Shown piece after piece: positions 40,951 through 50,477 of a DNA stretch of 64,000 nt. The translations under genes and the position numbers were made by a program. The stretch is taken from assembly GCA_016716405.1 (NCBI GenBank), contig JADJWK010000001.1:678713-742712 (forward strand), read 5' to 3'. The notes under the pieces are model-generated. The model had not been told where the DNA came from and ran no database searches. It saw only the letters and a program-made list of their open reading frames with translations. The stretch's first letter is position 1. Each line of letters starts with the position of its first letter. Source of the DNA: Candidatus Melainabacteria bacterium (GTDB lineage Bacteria; Cyanobacteriota; Vampirovibrionia; Obscuribacterales; Obscuribacteraceae).

Positions 40951-41345
40951 GGTTCTCTCCTTTCGTCTTGTTCGTGCCAGCCCGCATATGAGTCAAAGCT
41001 CCTGCGCCACCGGTGGGTGACGTCTGGGAGGTGTGCAGCTGGCTGGGCAGAGGAATCTAGGGAAGTGACTTATGAGATCGTGTAGACATGAATGTCAAGA
41101 ACATAGCTCTGAGCCTGATCGCAATTCAATTCACGAATTCCAGTACTTCACGAAATGTCTCTAATTAGGAGACATGCGAAAATCCGGTTCTGGACTCGAC
41201 GTCGTAATAGTCATAATGGTTTAGAACTTTTGTGAGAGGGCCTTCAGGCGCCGGGCTTGCTGCGATCCGTCCTAGCGCGGTTGACGCAAGCTTTCCAGGG
41301 GCGCATGCCGGGGCTCCGTAAATGATACTGTAAGTGGTGGCGTAG

Positions 41346-41780
41346 CTATTTGCCCGAAGGTCTCGGCGGCAAGATAATCATATTCTTGATGTCACAGCCG
41401 GCGGCCGCATCCATTACGGACACCACATGCTTCTGGAGAGCGTCTTCGTCGGATGCCAGGATAAGGGGCAGCTCGGCTTCGGGATTCTTGGCCTGCTCGG
41501 CTTTGATCGCGTCCATAATCGCCTTGGTATCAGGTGGATCTATCGGGGCGCCATTGATCGATATCCTGCCATCGGCGGTGACATTGGCTTCCACCTTGGG
41601 CTTGTCGTCTTTGGGTGGTGTCTGGGCTGTCGATATCCCCGGAGGGGACACTTTCAGGACGGCCTGATTGACCAGGGGCGCGATCAGGATCATGATGACC
41701 AGCAGGACGAGAAAGACGTCTGTCAGAGGCGTCACGTTGATCTCGGTGAAAACTTCACCTGCCTTACCGCCCATCGACAT
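41346..41780 (-). CDS. ExbD/TolR biopolymer transport protein (orphan)
   Basis: EINVTPLTDVFLVLLVIMIL TM-anchored ExbD signature. Confidence 0.8.
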   Translation of the reverse strand: MSMGGKAGEVFTEINVTPLTDVFLVLLVIMILIAPLVNQAVLKVSPPGISTAQTPPKDDKPKVEANVTADGRISINGAPIDPPDTKAIMDAIKAEQAKNPEAELPLILASDEDALQKHVVSVMDAAAGCDIKNMIILPPRPSGK

Positions 41781-42276
41781 ATGCCAGTTTCTCCTTGTCT
41801 AAGCTTTACGCTCAGGGTCATCTTATCGCTTGTCCGGCACTTCTGCCACCAGGTATACCCGGTATTTGAAGCTCTTGATGGGCTTCAATATCTGATGGAG
41901 CTGCGCTAGCTCTCTTGCAGTCTGATGTTCCGGCTCCGGGACCGGACCGAGGCGGACTCGAGACTGGCTGTCATGGTGCACAGCCTATTATTATTACATG
42001 CTTTTTATAGGCAAGATGAATTTGGAAGGCTTCCGCCATTGCTTATGTCAAGAAGCCTTTACTAGGGTTAAGGAGTAATTCCCTCGATTTCCTTCTCTAC
42101 CCCCGACCAGAAACCAAAGACTCAAGCCCGTCGACCAGAAGCAGGTTAGACCGCTCGTGCTCAGCGAGGCGAAGAGACTGGAATCGATATTTCTCAGGGC
42201 GGAGCTCGGGTGAGCTCTCGCCGATACTACGTCCAGAAGCTGCCATGGGCAGCTGAAAACGGTTGGAGACTGTAAC

Positions 42277-43377
42277 ATGAGTAATACAAAATCCCGTTAT
42301 TCTGTACTGGGCAAGCGCAAGATGCAGGCGAAGCCGAAAATTCTCATCCACGAACACCTGGACTGCTCCCCGGAGCCTCTCAGGATGCTGACTCGCTGGG
42401 ATGAGATTGGCTTCGGCAAGGCCAAGATCGCTTTCCCGGCAGATGTGGTGACACCCTGGCAGGAGGCTAAAGAGGCCGCCGGCTGGGACCGCCGACGTCT
42501 GCGCACTCTGGCTGCAGCGCGCTACCAGAAGTTTATCGCCTCCTATGCCCAGGCGTCCCTGGCCAACTATGTCCAGGCCATCGTCGACCATGTCCTGCCC
42601 CTGATGCAGACCCAGGATGACCTCCTGGCCATCACCCGGGACAGGATTGCCACTGCCGTCAAGGACGGTATCATCGGTATGGAGTTGCGCTTTGCGCCTC
42701 AGCTTCACACCATGGGCGGTCTCAGCCTCGACGAGGTGATGGAGCCTGTCATCGAAGGCATCTCGGCATCGCCTTTCCCGGTGAAGCTGATCGTCTGCGC
42801 TCTCCGTCACGAGGATCGCGATATGGCTTTCCGCCTCGCCGATCTCAGCCTCCGCTATCGTCGTCATGTCGGCGTCTTCGACCTGGCGGCCGACGAGGAG
42901 CTCAATCCCGGGGTGCTTCCCTGGTGGATCGATGCTGCGGAGTATGTGCGCGAGAAGAGCCGGGGCCGTATCGACCTGACCATCCATCTGACCGAGACCC
43001 GCAAGCCCACGGCCACCGATATCAAGCTCATCGCCGCTCACAAGATCCGGCGTATCGGGCACGGTATCAAGGGCGACTGGGGCCAGTACCTGGAAGTCTG
43101 CCCGACCTCCAACGAGGTTACCGGCCAGGTGGCTTCCTACAAGGACCATCCCATCGATCGCTTCCTTAAGGAAGGCAAGCTCGTCACCGTCAACACCGAC
43201 GGCACCCTCTTCACCGAGGTGCAGCTCAGCGACGAGTATCGCAAGCTGCAGCGCGCTTTCGGCTGGGGCGACCGCGAGTTCCTCCAAGTCAACCTCAACG
43301 CCGTGGCTGCCTCCTCCTTCTCGAAGGCGGTGAAAGCCCAGCTTCGCAGGAAGCTGCGTGAAGGTTACAGCGGCTGA
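42277..43377 (+). CDS. Adenosine deaminase family metallo-hydrolase
   Basis: HEHLD near the N-terminus. HLTE and RIGHG motifs. TIM-barrel amidohydrolase length. Confidence 0.8.
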   Translation: MSNTKSRYSVLGKRKMQAKPKILIHEHLDCSPEPLRMLTRWDEIGFGKAKIAFPADVVTPWQEAKEAAGWDRRRLRTLAAARYQKFIASYAQASLANYVQAIVDHVLPLMQTQDDLLAITRDRIATAVKDGIIGMELRFAPQLHTMGGLSLDEVMEPVIEGISASPFPVKLIVCALRHEDRDMAFRLADLSLRYRRHVGVFDLAADEELNPGVLPWWIDAAEYVREKSRGRIDLTIHLTETRKPTATDIKLIAAHKIRRIGHGIKGDWGQYLEVCPTSNEVTGQVASYKDHPIDRFLKEGKLVTVNTDGTLFTEVQLSDEYRKLQRAFGWGDREFLQVNLNAVAASSFSKAVKAQLRRKLREGYSG

Positions 43378-43536
43378 TGCCTAGTTCGATTACGATTCAG
43401 ACCCCCCGGGGTCTGTCTCGTAATCTCTTATTCTTCAAACTACTAAATCATATAGGATAGCATATTGGCATGATGATCTGGTTCTTGGAATAAATTTCGG
43501 TGCTTTTTTATTCTTCAAACTATATCGTCAGCCGTT

Positions 43537-44061
43537 TTGATAGAGTTTGAGAAAACAATTCGATGGCACAGGAGCCAGGATTTGCTAGATAACGTAGTTG
43601 CTAGAGACGAGCTTACTGGACTGGCAGAGGACCTGCGAAAGTCCGGAAAGAAGATTGTCACCACCAACGGCTGTTTCGATATCCTGCATGTCGGTCATAC
43701 CCGCATTCTCAAGCAGGCCAGGTCTCTGGGTGATGTTCTCGTGGTCGGAATCAATAGCGATGCTTCGGTGCGCCGGCTCAAAGGCCCTACAAGACCGATA
43801 AACAGCCAGGAGGACCGGGCTGAGGTCCTGGCTGGCCTTGCCTGTGTGGACTATGTGACTATCTTCGATGAGGATACGCCGGTGGAATTTCTCAAAGAGA
43901 TCAAACCGGACATTCATGTGAAAGGCAGCGACTATCGCCCGGAAGACCTCGAGGAGACACCGGTGGTGGAGTCTTTCGGAGGCCGGGTGCACATCCTTGC
44001 TCTGGTTCCGGGAAAGAGCACCAGTGGTGTTGTGGACCGCATTGCCGGCGGCCAACCTTAA
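43537..44061 (+). CDS. D-beta-D-heptose 1-phosphate adenylyltransferase (RfaE domain II / cytidylyltransferase-like)
   Basis: GCFDILHVGH nucleotidyltransferase motif. ~170 aa, standalone. Confidence 0.8.
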   Translation: MIEFEKTIRWHRSQDLLDNVVARDELTGLAEDLRKSGKKIVTTNGCFDILHVGHTRILKQARSLGDVLVVGINSDASVRRLKGPTRPINSQEDRAEVLAGLACVDYVTIFDEDTPVEFLKEIKPDIHVKGSDYRPEDLEETPVVESFGGRVHILALVPGKSTSGVVDRIAGGQP

Positions 44062-44112
44062 GCGAAAAGGACGGCTAGAAGCCGTCCTTTCGATTCCTGA
44101 TTGTCCTGTCGC

Positions 44113-45429
44113 TTATTGCGATTTCTGCTCCAGGGTAGCCAGACGGCGGCGGGCGTCTTCGCTGTAGTCTGCCTTGTCCGAGACTTTCAGAGCTTTGGTG
44201 AATTGCTCTTTGGCGTCTTCGAGACGGTTCTCGCGGCTCATGATCAGACCGGTGCGGTAGTAGGCTTCACCCAGGCGGCTGTCGCTCTCGGTGGCTTTCT
44301 GATATTGATCCAGAGCCTTGTCGTATTCTTTTCTCATCTCGTAGGCGGCGCCAAGGTTGTAGTGGGCGGTGGCCAGGTCATCTTTGAGGGAGATGGCGGT
44401 CTGCCAGTTCTTGATGGCGCCGTCCAGGTCGTTCTTGGCTCTCAGGGCGGCCCCTATGCCGTTATAGGTGATGGCGTCCTGAGGATTGATCGCCAGGGCC
44501 TTGCGGAACTCGGCGATGGCCTCGTCGTAGCGATGCTGCTGGTTATAGATGAGACCGAGGTTGCAATGGGCCTGACCGAGCTCCGGGTTGGCTTTGAGAG
44601 CCAGACCGTATTCTTCGATGGCTTGATCGAGCTTGCCGGCCAGATGCAGCTTGATTGCCCGGTTGTAGCAGGCCACGGCATCCCCGGGGGTCTCATCCGC
44701 TGTTGCTGCGGCTCGGGCTGGAGCTTGCTGTTGCTCGGGCTCTTGCGCTTGCTCCTGTACCGGCTCCTGCTCTTGCTCCAGCTTCAGATCCTGCTCTTGA
44801 GGCTGAGCCTGGGTCGCTACCGGTGCTTCGTAGGTGGTGGTCATGGTGTTCTGAGCAGCGCGGGTCGGTACTGGAGCACCTGTGGAGCCTGCCGGATTGT
44901 TGCTTACCGGCTGCACCGCATTGTTAGTGTTTTCCTGTGAGGAAAGCCAGTCCCAACCTCCCGGCTGTTCGCTCGCCGCGCCCGTCGCCGCTGGTGCCGC
45001 TGCCGGTTTGGATTGAGTGGTGGCGGCTGCCGCGAAGGCGCTGTCCGGTGCCGGTGCCGGTGCCGGGGTTTGACCTATAGCCTTGGGAAGCTGCGAGGGA
45101 TCGACCTTGATCGGTGTAATGTGATCGGGTCCCGTCTTTTCGAGACCGAGAATGCCCGGAACTTTGATGGCCTTTTGCTGGATCACCTGGTTGGGGTCGA
45201 CTCCGTCGGGAACAGCGATGGTCCGGGGAGTACCCCAGCTTTCGGCGGCTTTGCTGTGCTCCTTGGTTTGCTCCAGAGCCTTGAGAGCGTCCTCGTAGGT
45301 GAACTCTTTGACCGGAGCCTGATCCGCATGTGCGGCCATGGGCGTGAGAAGGGTGATAAGGCTGCCAGCAACCAGAGCAGCAAGCTTGATTGCGAGATTC
45401 TGTTCGAGTTTTTGCAGATTCAGTGCCAT
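44113..45429 (-). CDS. Secreted TPR-repeat protein with Pro/Gln/Ala-rich linker
   Basis: Start ATG 45429 (MALNLQKLEQNLAIKLAALVAG… signal). C-terminal TPR units (…AHCNLGLIYNQQHRYDEAIAEFRKALAINPQD…). Confidence 0.7.
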   Translation of the reverse strand: MALNLQKLEQNLAIKLAALVAGSLITLLTPMAAHADQAPVKEFTYEDALKALEQTKEHSKAAESWGTPRTIAVPDGVDPNQVIQQKAIKVPGILGLEKTGPDHITPIKVDPSQLPKAIGQTPAPAPAPDSAFAAAATTQSKPAAAPAATGAASEQPGGWDWLSSQENTNNAVQPVSNNPAGSTGAPVPTRAAQNTMTTTYEAPVATQAQPQEQDLKLEQEQEPVQEQAQEPEQQQAPARAAATADETPGDAVACYNRAIKLHLAGKLDQAIEEYGLALKANPELGQAHCNLGLIYNQQHRYDEAIAEFRKALAINPQDAITYNGIGAALRAKNDLDGAIKNWQTAISLKDDLATAHYNLGAAYEMRKEYDKALDQYQKATESDSRLGEAYYRTGLIMSRENRLEDAKEQFTKALKVSDKADYSEDARRRLATLEQKSQ

Positions 45430-45595
45430 CGCCGATAAACTCCACGAAACTAAATTCAAATAAGCAAGTGGCAAAGTCTACTCCACCCGGCGACTGTTTC
45501 CAAGCATTTTTGTTTAAGTTATAAGCCGTCTCTACCACCCGGGCTCCGTTCTCGACTATGATAGGGAGGCTGCCGCCGCATTCCGGGTTTCAGGC

Positions 45596-46039
45596 ATGAT
45601 CTTGAATATGAGAATTCTTATAGCTTCAGCCCTGATGCTGCACTTGCTCCAGGCTCTGCCTGTGGACGCCAGAGACAGCATTCCTGATCGACTCTTTCGC
45701 AATCGCAGGGCTCCCGCGTTCATCGAAGAGCCTCACGCTCCCAGGCGAGACGGCCTCGTCCCGCCACCGGCGGAGAATGCCTACTTCCCTGTCAGGGAGG
45801 ACGGTCAGCCTTATATGCTCAATGTCGATACCTCGGTCAATTTGACCACTGCCCTCAATCGTTTTTATTACGATCCCAAGTGGAGGGGCGAGGTCTGGTC
45901 GCCTTACGATCAGGTGAGCGCCATCGAGCGAGCCACCAGGTTGATGAGCACATGGAAAGAGTATGATGAGTTCAGCGAGCTGCGCATATTCAACAAATGG
46001 CATAAATTCTGGGAACGCGCTTCCGGTTTCGGTCCCTGA
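45596..46039 (+). CDS. Secreted hypothetical protein
   Basis: Signal-like N-terminus MRILIASALMLHLLQALPVDA. 147 aa. Confidence 0.5.
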   Translation: MILNMRILIASALMLHLLQALPVDARDSIPDRLFRNRRAPAFIEEPHAPRRDGLVPPPAENAYFPVREDGQPYMLNVDTSVNLTTALNRFYYDPKWRGEVWSPYDQVSAIERATRLMSTWKEYDEFSELRIFNKWHKFWERASGFGP

Positions 46040-46075
46040 TCTGCAGCCCCTCGCTAGAAGAGGTCAGGAGGATTC

Positions 46076-46489
46076 ATGTCCGAGCTCAGAGTCGATCACA
46101 TAGCGGTGGCTGTGCACAATCTCGAGGATTCCCTCGAGTTTTACACCGGCAGCCTCAAGGCCCGATGCATTTGCGTCGAGACCGTGGAAGAGCAGGGAGT
46201 CCGAGTTGCCAAGCTCGATATGGGAAATACCCATATCGAGCTGCTCGAGCCTCTGTCAGAAGATACTCCGGTGGGACGTTTCCTGGCCAAGCGCGGTCAG
46301 GGACTGCATCACATCTGTCTGGGAGTCCCGGACATCGATCGCGAGCTTGCTTGCTTGAAGGAGAACGGTGTGAGGCTCATCGACGAGACCGCCAGGATCG
46401 GCGCCGAGGGCGCCAGAATCGCTTTCGTCCATCCGGCGAGTACCGGCGGCGTGCTCATGGAGCTCTCCCAACCCCTGGAAGATCAATAG
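46076..46489 (+). CDS. Methylmalonyl-CoA epimerase (VOC/glyoxalase fold)
   Basis: VDHIAVAV…HIELLEP…GLHHICLGV motifs. Confidence 0.8.
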   Translation: MSELRVDHIAVAVHNLEDSLEFYTGSLKARCICVETVEEQGVRVAKLDMGNTHIELLEPLSEDTPVGRFLAKRGQGLHHICLGVPDIDRELACLKENGVRLIDETARIGAEGARIAFVHPASTGGVLMELSQPLEDQ

Positions 46490-46624
46490 TGGAAGAGCAT
46501 TAGCTCTACGATACAAATATTAGGGGAATATCTAAAAATCACCCGATCCGGGGTGATTGCTGATACCTTATGCAAATATTCAGCCCGACCCAAACCAAGC
46601 AAGCGGAGGCGTAGGTAGAACGAC

Positions 46625-47692
46625 ATGCCAGTTATGACAGAACTGTCTAAAATCGAGAAAGCGCTGGGCGATAAGAGCGCTTATTTTCTCGATCACAAAT
46701 CAAAGGGAATCGACAAGGACCTGCTTCATCTTCCCGGTCCCGATTTCGTCGATAGAATCTCGGCGATCACCGATCGCAATCCTCAGGTCCTCAGAAGTCT
46801 GCATTCACTCTTCAATCACGGTCGCCTGGCGGGCTCCGGCTATCTGTCGATCCTCCCCGTCGATCAGGGTATCGAGCACTCCGGTGGTGCCTCCTTCGCC
46901 AAGAACCCTCTTTATTTCGACGGCGAGAACATCGTCAAACTGGCTATCGAAGGCGGTTGCAACGCTGTTGCTACCACATTCGGCGTGCTGGGCTCGGTGG
47001 CAAGAAAGTATGCTCACAAGATTCCTTTCATCGTCAAGATCAATCACAACCAGTTTCTGACCTACCCCAACACCTACGATCAGATCATGTTCGGCAATAT
47101 CCGTCAGGCCTGGGAGCTCGGAGCTGTGGCTGTGGGAGCCACGATTTATTTCGGCTCGGAAGAGTCCACCAGACAGATCCAGGAGGTGGCGGAAGCCTTC
47201 CATGAAGCTCATGAGATGGGCATGGCCACCATCCTCTGGTGCTATCTGAGAAACTCCGGATTCAAAAAGGACGGTGTGGACTATCACACCGCTGCCGACC
47301 TCACCGCCCAGGCAAACCATCTCGGCGTCACTATCGAAGCCGACATCATCAAGCAGAAGCTTCCGGAGAACAATGGCGGCTACAATGCCCTCGACTTCGG
47401 CAAGACCGATGCCAGGGTATATTCCGAGCTGACAACCGATCACCCCATCGACATGACTCGCTATCAAGTGGCTAATTGCTACATGGGCCGCGCCGGTCTG
47501 ATCAACTCTGGTGGAGCTTCCGGTGCAAACGATCTCGAGCAGGCGATCATGACTGCGGTAATCAACAAGCGTGCCGGAGGCATGGGTCTCATCTCGGGCC
47601 GCAAAGCCTTCCAGAAGCCGATGAAAGACGGCATCGAGCTCCTCAATGCCATCCAGGATGTTTATCTCTGCAAAGAGGTCACCATCGCCTGA
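46625..47692 (+). CDS. fbaB: Class I fructose-bisphosphate aldolase (FbaB/DhnA type)
   Basis: Long-range similarity recalled to E. coli FbaB ([60 protein letters not shown]). Confidence 0.9.
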   Translation: MPVMTELSKIEKALGDKSAYFLDHKSKGIDKDLLHLPGPDFVDRISAITDRNPQVLRSLHSLFNHGRLAGSGYLSILPVDQGIEHSGGASFAKNPLYFDGENIVKLAIEGGCNAVATTFGVLGSVARKYAHKIPFIVKINHNQFLTYPNTYDQIMFGNIRQAWELGAVAVGATIYFGSEESTRQIQEVAEAFHEAHEMGMATILWCYLRNSGFKKDGVDYHTAADLTAQANHLGVTIEADIIKQKLPENNGGYNALDFGKTDARVYSELTTDHPIDMTRYQVANCYMGRAGLINSGGASGANDLEQAIMTAVINKRAGGMGLISGRKAFQKPMKDGIELLNAIQDVYLCKEVTIA

Positions 47693-47721
47693 AGCGGTGC
47701 TTGAGGCACTACAAAACCGAA

Positions 47722-47754
47722 GCCCCGGGCGAATTCGCCCGGGGCTTTCTTCTT
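47722..47754 (+). terminator. Rho-independent terminator (shared by convergent genes)
   Basis: gccccgggcgaattcgcccggggc perfect palindromic stem + tttcttctt. Confidence 0.85.
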
Positions 47755-47772
47755 GATCTCGCTGGCGACGTC

Positions 47773-48447
47773 TCAGACCTTCTTGTGAATAACCTTGGCC
47801 GTCGCTTCATGCTTCTCGACCACGGCACCGTCTTCGGCGGTGATTTCGCAGTTGCCGTAGGCTTCTACCTTGACGCCTTCCTTGGCGAGGACTTTGGAGT
47901 TCTCGTAGGCTTTGACGGTGGCGTTGCCGCTGGCTGTGACCTGGCTTTCGCCCAGGGCCATGACTATACAGTTGCCGCTCACTTCGACTTTGACCTGTTT
48001 GTTGGCGAGGACGGTGCAGTTGCCGTCGGCTCTGACCAGGACGCGGTCGGTGGCGTGAACGGCGACGTTGCCGTGGGCATCAATCTCGCAGTTTTCGCTG
48101 GCGAGGACGTTGGCGCTGCCATTGGCATCGACTTTGCAGTTGTTGCTGGCGATTACCCGGGTGGTGTCGAATGCCTTGATGACGGCATCGGCTTTGGCGG
48201 TCACTGTGGTCTGCCCGTAGGCTTCGACCTGACAGGTGTCATGAGCCCAGATCTTGCTTTGATCGTAGGCTTTCACCTTGCAGGCGTCATAGACATACAG
48301 GTTGGCGGTTTGCTGGGCAATCGCCTCGCCGCCGCGCTGATGCTTGGTTCCGTAAAGGTACAGCCCGACCCGATCGGCAGCTTGAGAGGCGAGGGTAGTG
48401 AGGGCCAAGACCATGGTGATAAGTGCTATTTTGAGTCGCATGAGCAA
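47773..48447 (-). CDS. Secreted octapeptide-repeat protein (≥20 consecutive A-x-[DGN]-x-[CST]-x-[VI]-x units, Cys-ladder)
   Basis: Signal peptide MLMRLKIALITMVLALTTLASQA. Then VYDACKVK/AYDQSKIW/AHDTCQVE/AYGQTTVT/…/AYGNCEIT with strict 8-aa period. Confidence 0.7.
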   Translation of the reverse strand: MLMRLKIALITMVLALTTLASQAADRVGLYLYGTKHQRGGEAIAQQTANLYVYDACKVKAYDQSKIWAHDTCQVEAYGQTTVTAKADAVIKAFDTTRVIASNNCKVDANGSANVLASENCEIDAHGNVAVHATDRVLVRADGNCTVLANKQVKVEVSGNCIVMALGESQVTASGNATVKAYENSKVLAKEGVKVEAYGNCEITAEDGAVVEKHEATAKVIHKKV

Positions 48448-49466
48448 TTTCCTATTCGGGGGTTCGGCTAGCCGGATACAAACTGAGATTGAGGATAGTT
48501 TAGCTTAGCACTCCGCAATTCGCTTCGCCATGAAAGCGCATTTCTAGTCTAATTTCGGGCTTGCTCCAGCTCCTTTTCAGGAGCCAGACTCCTCGCTTTG
48601 CGATAACTGTCCCAGGCGCTATCCTGCGAGCCCAGGCTTCTCAAGAGAGCGATAACTTTGTCCACCAGTTTCGACATCATTCGTTCACCTCTGATGTCCA
48701 GTCGTTGATTCCGTTTCTACTTTCTACCCGCCGCAATCAAGCAATCGCGCTTGACAGCCGCTTTCTGGTGATTACAAGACATGTTTTCGGCAAAGCTAGA
48801 AGCTGTAGGGTTGCTTACTATACCGGCGGACTATTCGACATCGGTTGTCAGAGCGGGCGTTAATGGTTCGCGCAACTGCACTGCAGTCAGGCGATTTCTC
48901 TAATTTCTTCTCGAAAGTAAGACTGGCCAGGTTTTTTGGGTTTTCGCTCCGAACCGTAGAATAGATCGAGAAATGGGATGAAGCGACAGCGTTCCTGGTT
49001 CCGCTGGATTCCCCGGGCGGCTGCGCGCTCCTGTCTCGATTCGAATTGATATCTCAAACGCTATCAAAACAGCAAATGATATCGTTTGAGATATCAAAAA
49101 CCACCGGAAATGATTTCTCAAAAGGTATCATGCCAAATTGAGCTACTATGTTTCACTGAACAGAAGGCTCTTAGTCCCCTCGAAACGAGCTTCCTCCGGG
49201 GAAGAGAGAAAAACTCTCTCTCGGCTCTCAGGGGAAGAGAGAAAAACCCGGGAAACTCTCTTGCCGACGCCCCAAATGAGGAAGATCCCCGGCCTGCGTT
49301 TTCTTTTCGACGTTTGGGGGACCCCAAAAAGGTCCAAGAGTCCACATGCCGAACAACAAATCTTCCCGCTTGGATACTATATACATGAATAGAAGCGGAC
49401 GAAAAAAGTCAGAGAATTGGAAAGTCGGATAGCGCGGCTCGCTTCTCGCTTCCGGGAAGGGGCTCT

Positions 49467-50018
49467 TCAGTCCATTGACCACAAAAGGGATCGAAGCTCG
49501 TCCAGAGTGAAATACTGATTTTGCCGCCGCATGAAAAATTCCAGCATCTCGAATTCCTTTGGGCGCAGGTCGAGGACAGTACCGTCTAAGCGAGCCAATT
49601 TCAGGCGGCTGCTCAATTCCAGCCCTCGGACTTCGATCAGGTCATCCTTGTAAATACCGGGACGTCTGAGGAGGGCGGAGACTCTCATCATCAACTCACG
49701 CATGTCGAAGGGCTTGGCAAGATAGTCATCGGCGCCGAATCCGAAACCTTGCTCTTTGTCCTCGATGGATGCCAGACCGGTCAGCATGAGTACCGGAGCA
49801 TTCCCGGATTGAGCTCTATAGAGTCTGCAAACTTCATAGCCGCTCAGGTCGGGAAGCAGCACATCCAGGATAATCAGCTCATAGCTGAATTCCCTGAGTC
49901 TCTCCAGTGCTTCCTGTCCGCTTTTGACAAGTTCGACGGTGTGGCAGTCTCTCTCGAAAGCGGCTTTCAGCGAGATTCCGGTTGCATTGTGATCCTCTGC
50001 CAGGAGAATTTTTGCCAC
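49467..50018 (-). CDS. OmpR/PhoB-family response regulator lacking the C-terminal wing (probable truncated/pseudo orphan RR)
   Basis: Complete receiver domain (…LILDVLLPDLSGYEV…). Winged-helix starts (LRPKEFEMLEFFMRRQNQYFTLDELRSLLWSMD) but stops ~35 aa before the expected RTVDVHI/RLRKK wing. No histidine kinase adjacent. Confidence 0.55.
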   Translation of the reverse strand: MAKILLAEDHNATGISLKAAFERDCHTVELVKSGQEALERLREFSYELIILDVLLPDLSGYEVCRLYRAQSGNAPVLMLTGLASIEDKEQGFGFGADDYLAKPFDMRELMMRVSALLRRPGIYKDDLIEVRGLELSSRLKLARLDGTVLDLRPKEFEMLEFFMRRQNQYFTLDELRSLLWSMD

Positions 50019-50477
50019 GCAGATGTACCCGATCGCCTGATTCTTTCATGAGTATACCCGTATGCCATCTCATGGTGCTCTTTTGTATGCCTGCCCGAAT
50101 AGCGCATGCAAGTTTCAAACCTTGCCCGGGTTGTTAGCCGTCGACTTCTTCCAGGTGTGATTCCGGAAAGGCATTTCGCTCAAAATTGACCTGTTGGATC
50201 AAGTTTCTTCCAAGAAAGTTGATCCAGAAGGTCGTCTTCAGGACTTTCTTGATCATCTGGATCAGGTTTTTTCCGAAAATCTTGATCTAGATGATCAAGT
50301 TGTCCTGGTCTGGATACGACATTCCGGTAGCTCAACACCCTCCTGTCTGTGTGTCTTTCAGCTTTTGGTATGCTCTTTTGAGAGATACTATAAATAATAG
50401 TGAAAAATGACATGAACGAAGAATGAAAGGTAGCGGTGGCATAGCCGCTGCTACCCTCATCTTCGCCCGGAGCTCTC

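Noticed and set aside
42050-42276. Purine riboswitch upstream of adenosine deaminase
   Set aside because: The ~230-nt leader lacks the conserved ACCGUAAAU / GACUAUG-type core elements. A CCGTAAAT string at ~41318 is on the wrong side of ExbD.
42097-43287. 396-aa minus-strand ORF
   Set aside because: Antisense to adenosine deaminase (HEHLD/HLTE/RIGHG motifs present on the plus-strand product).
49190-49260. CRISPR-like array
   Set aside because: Only two 17-bp direct repeats with a 16-nt spacer. Too short and too few to be a CRISPR array, so treated as part of the structured non-coding block instead.
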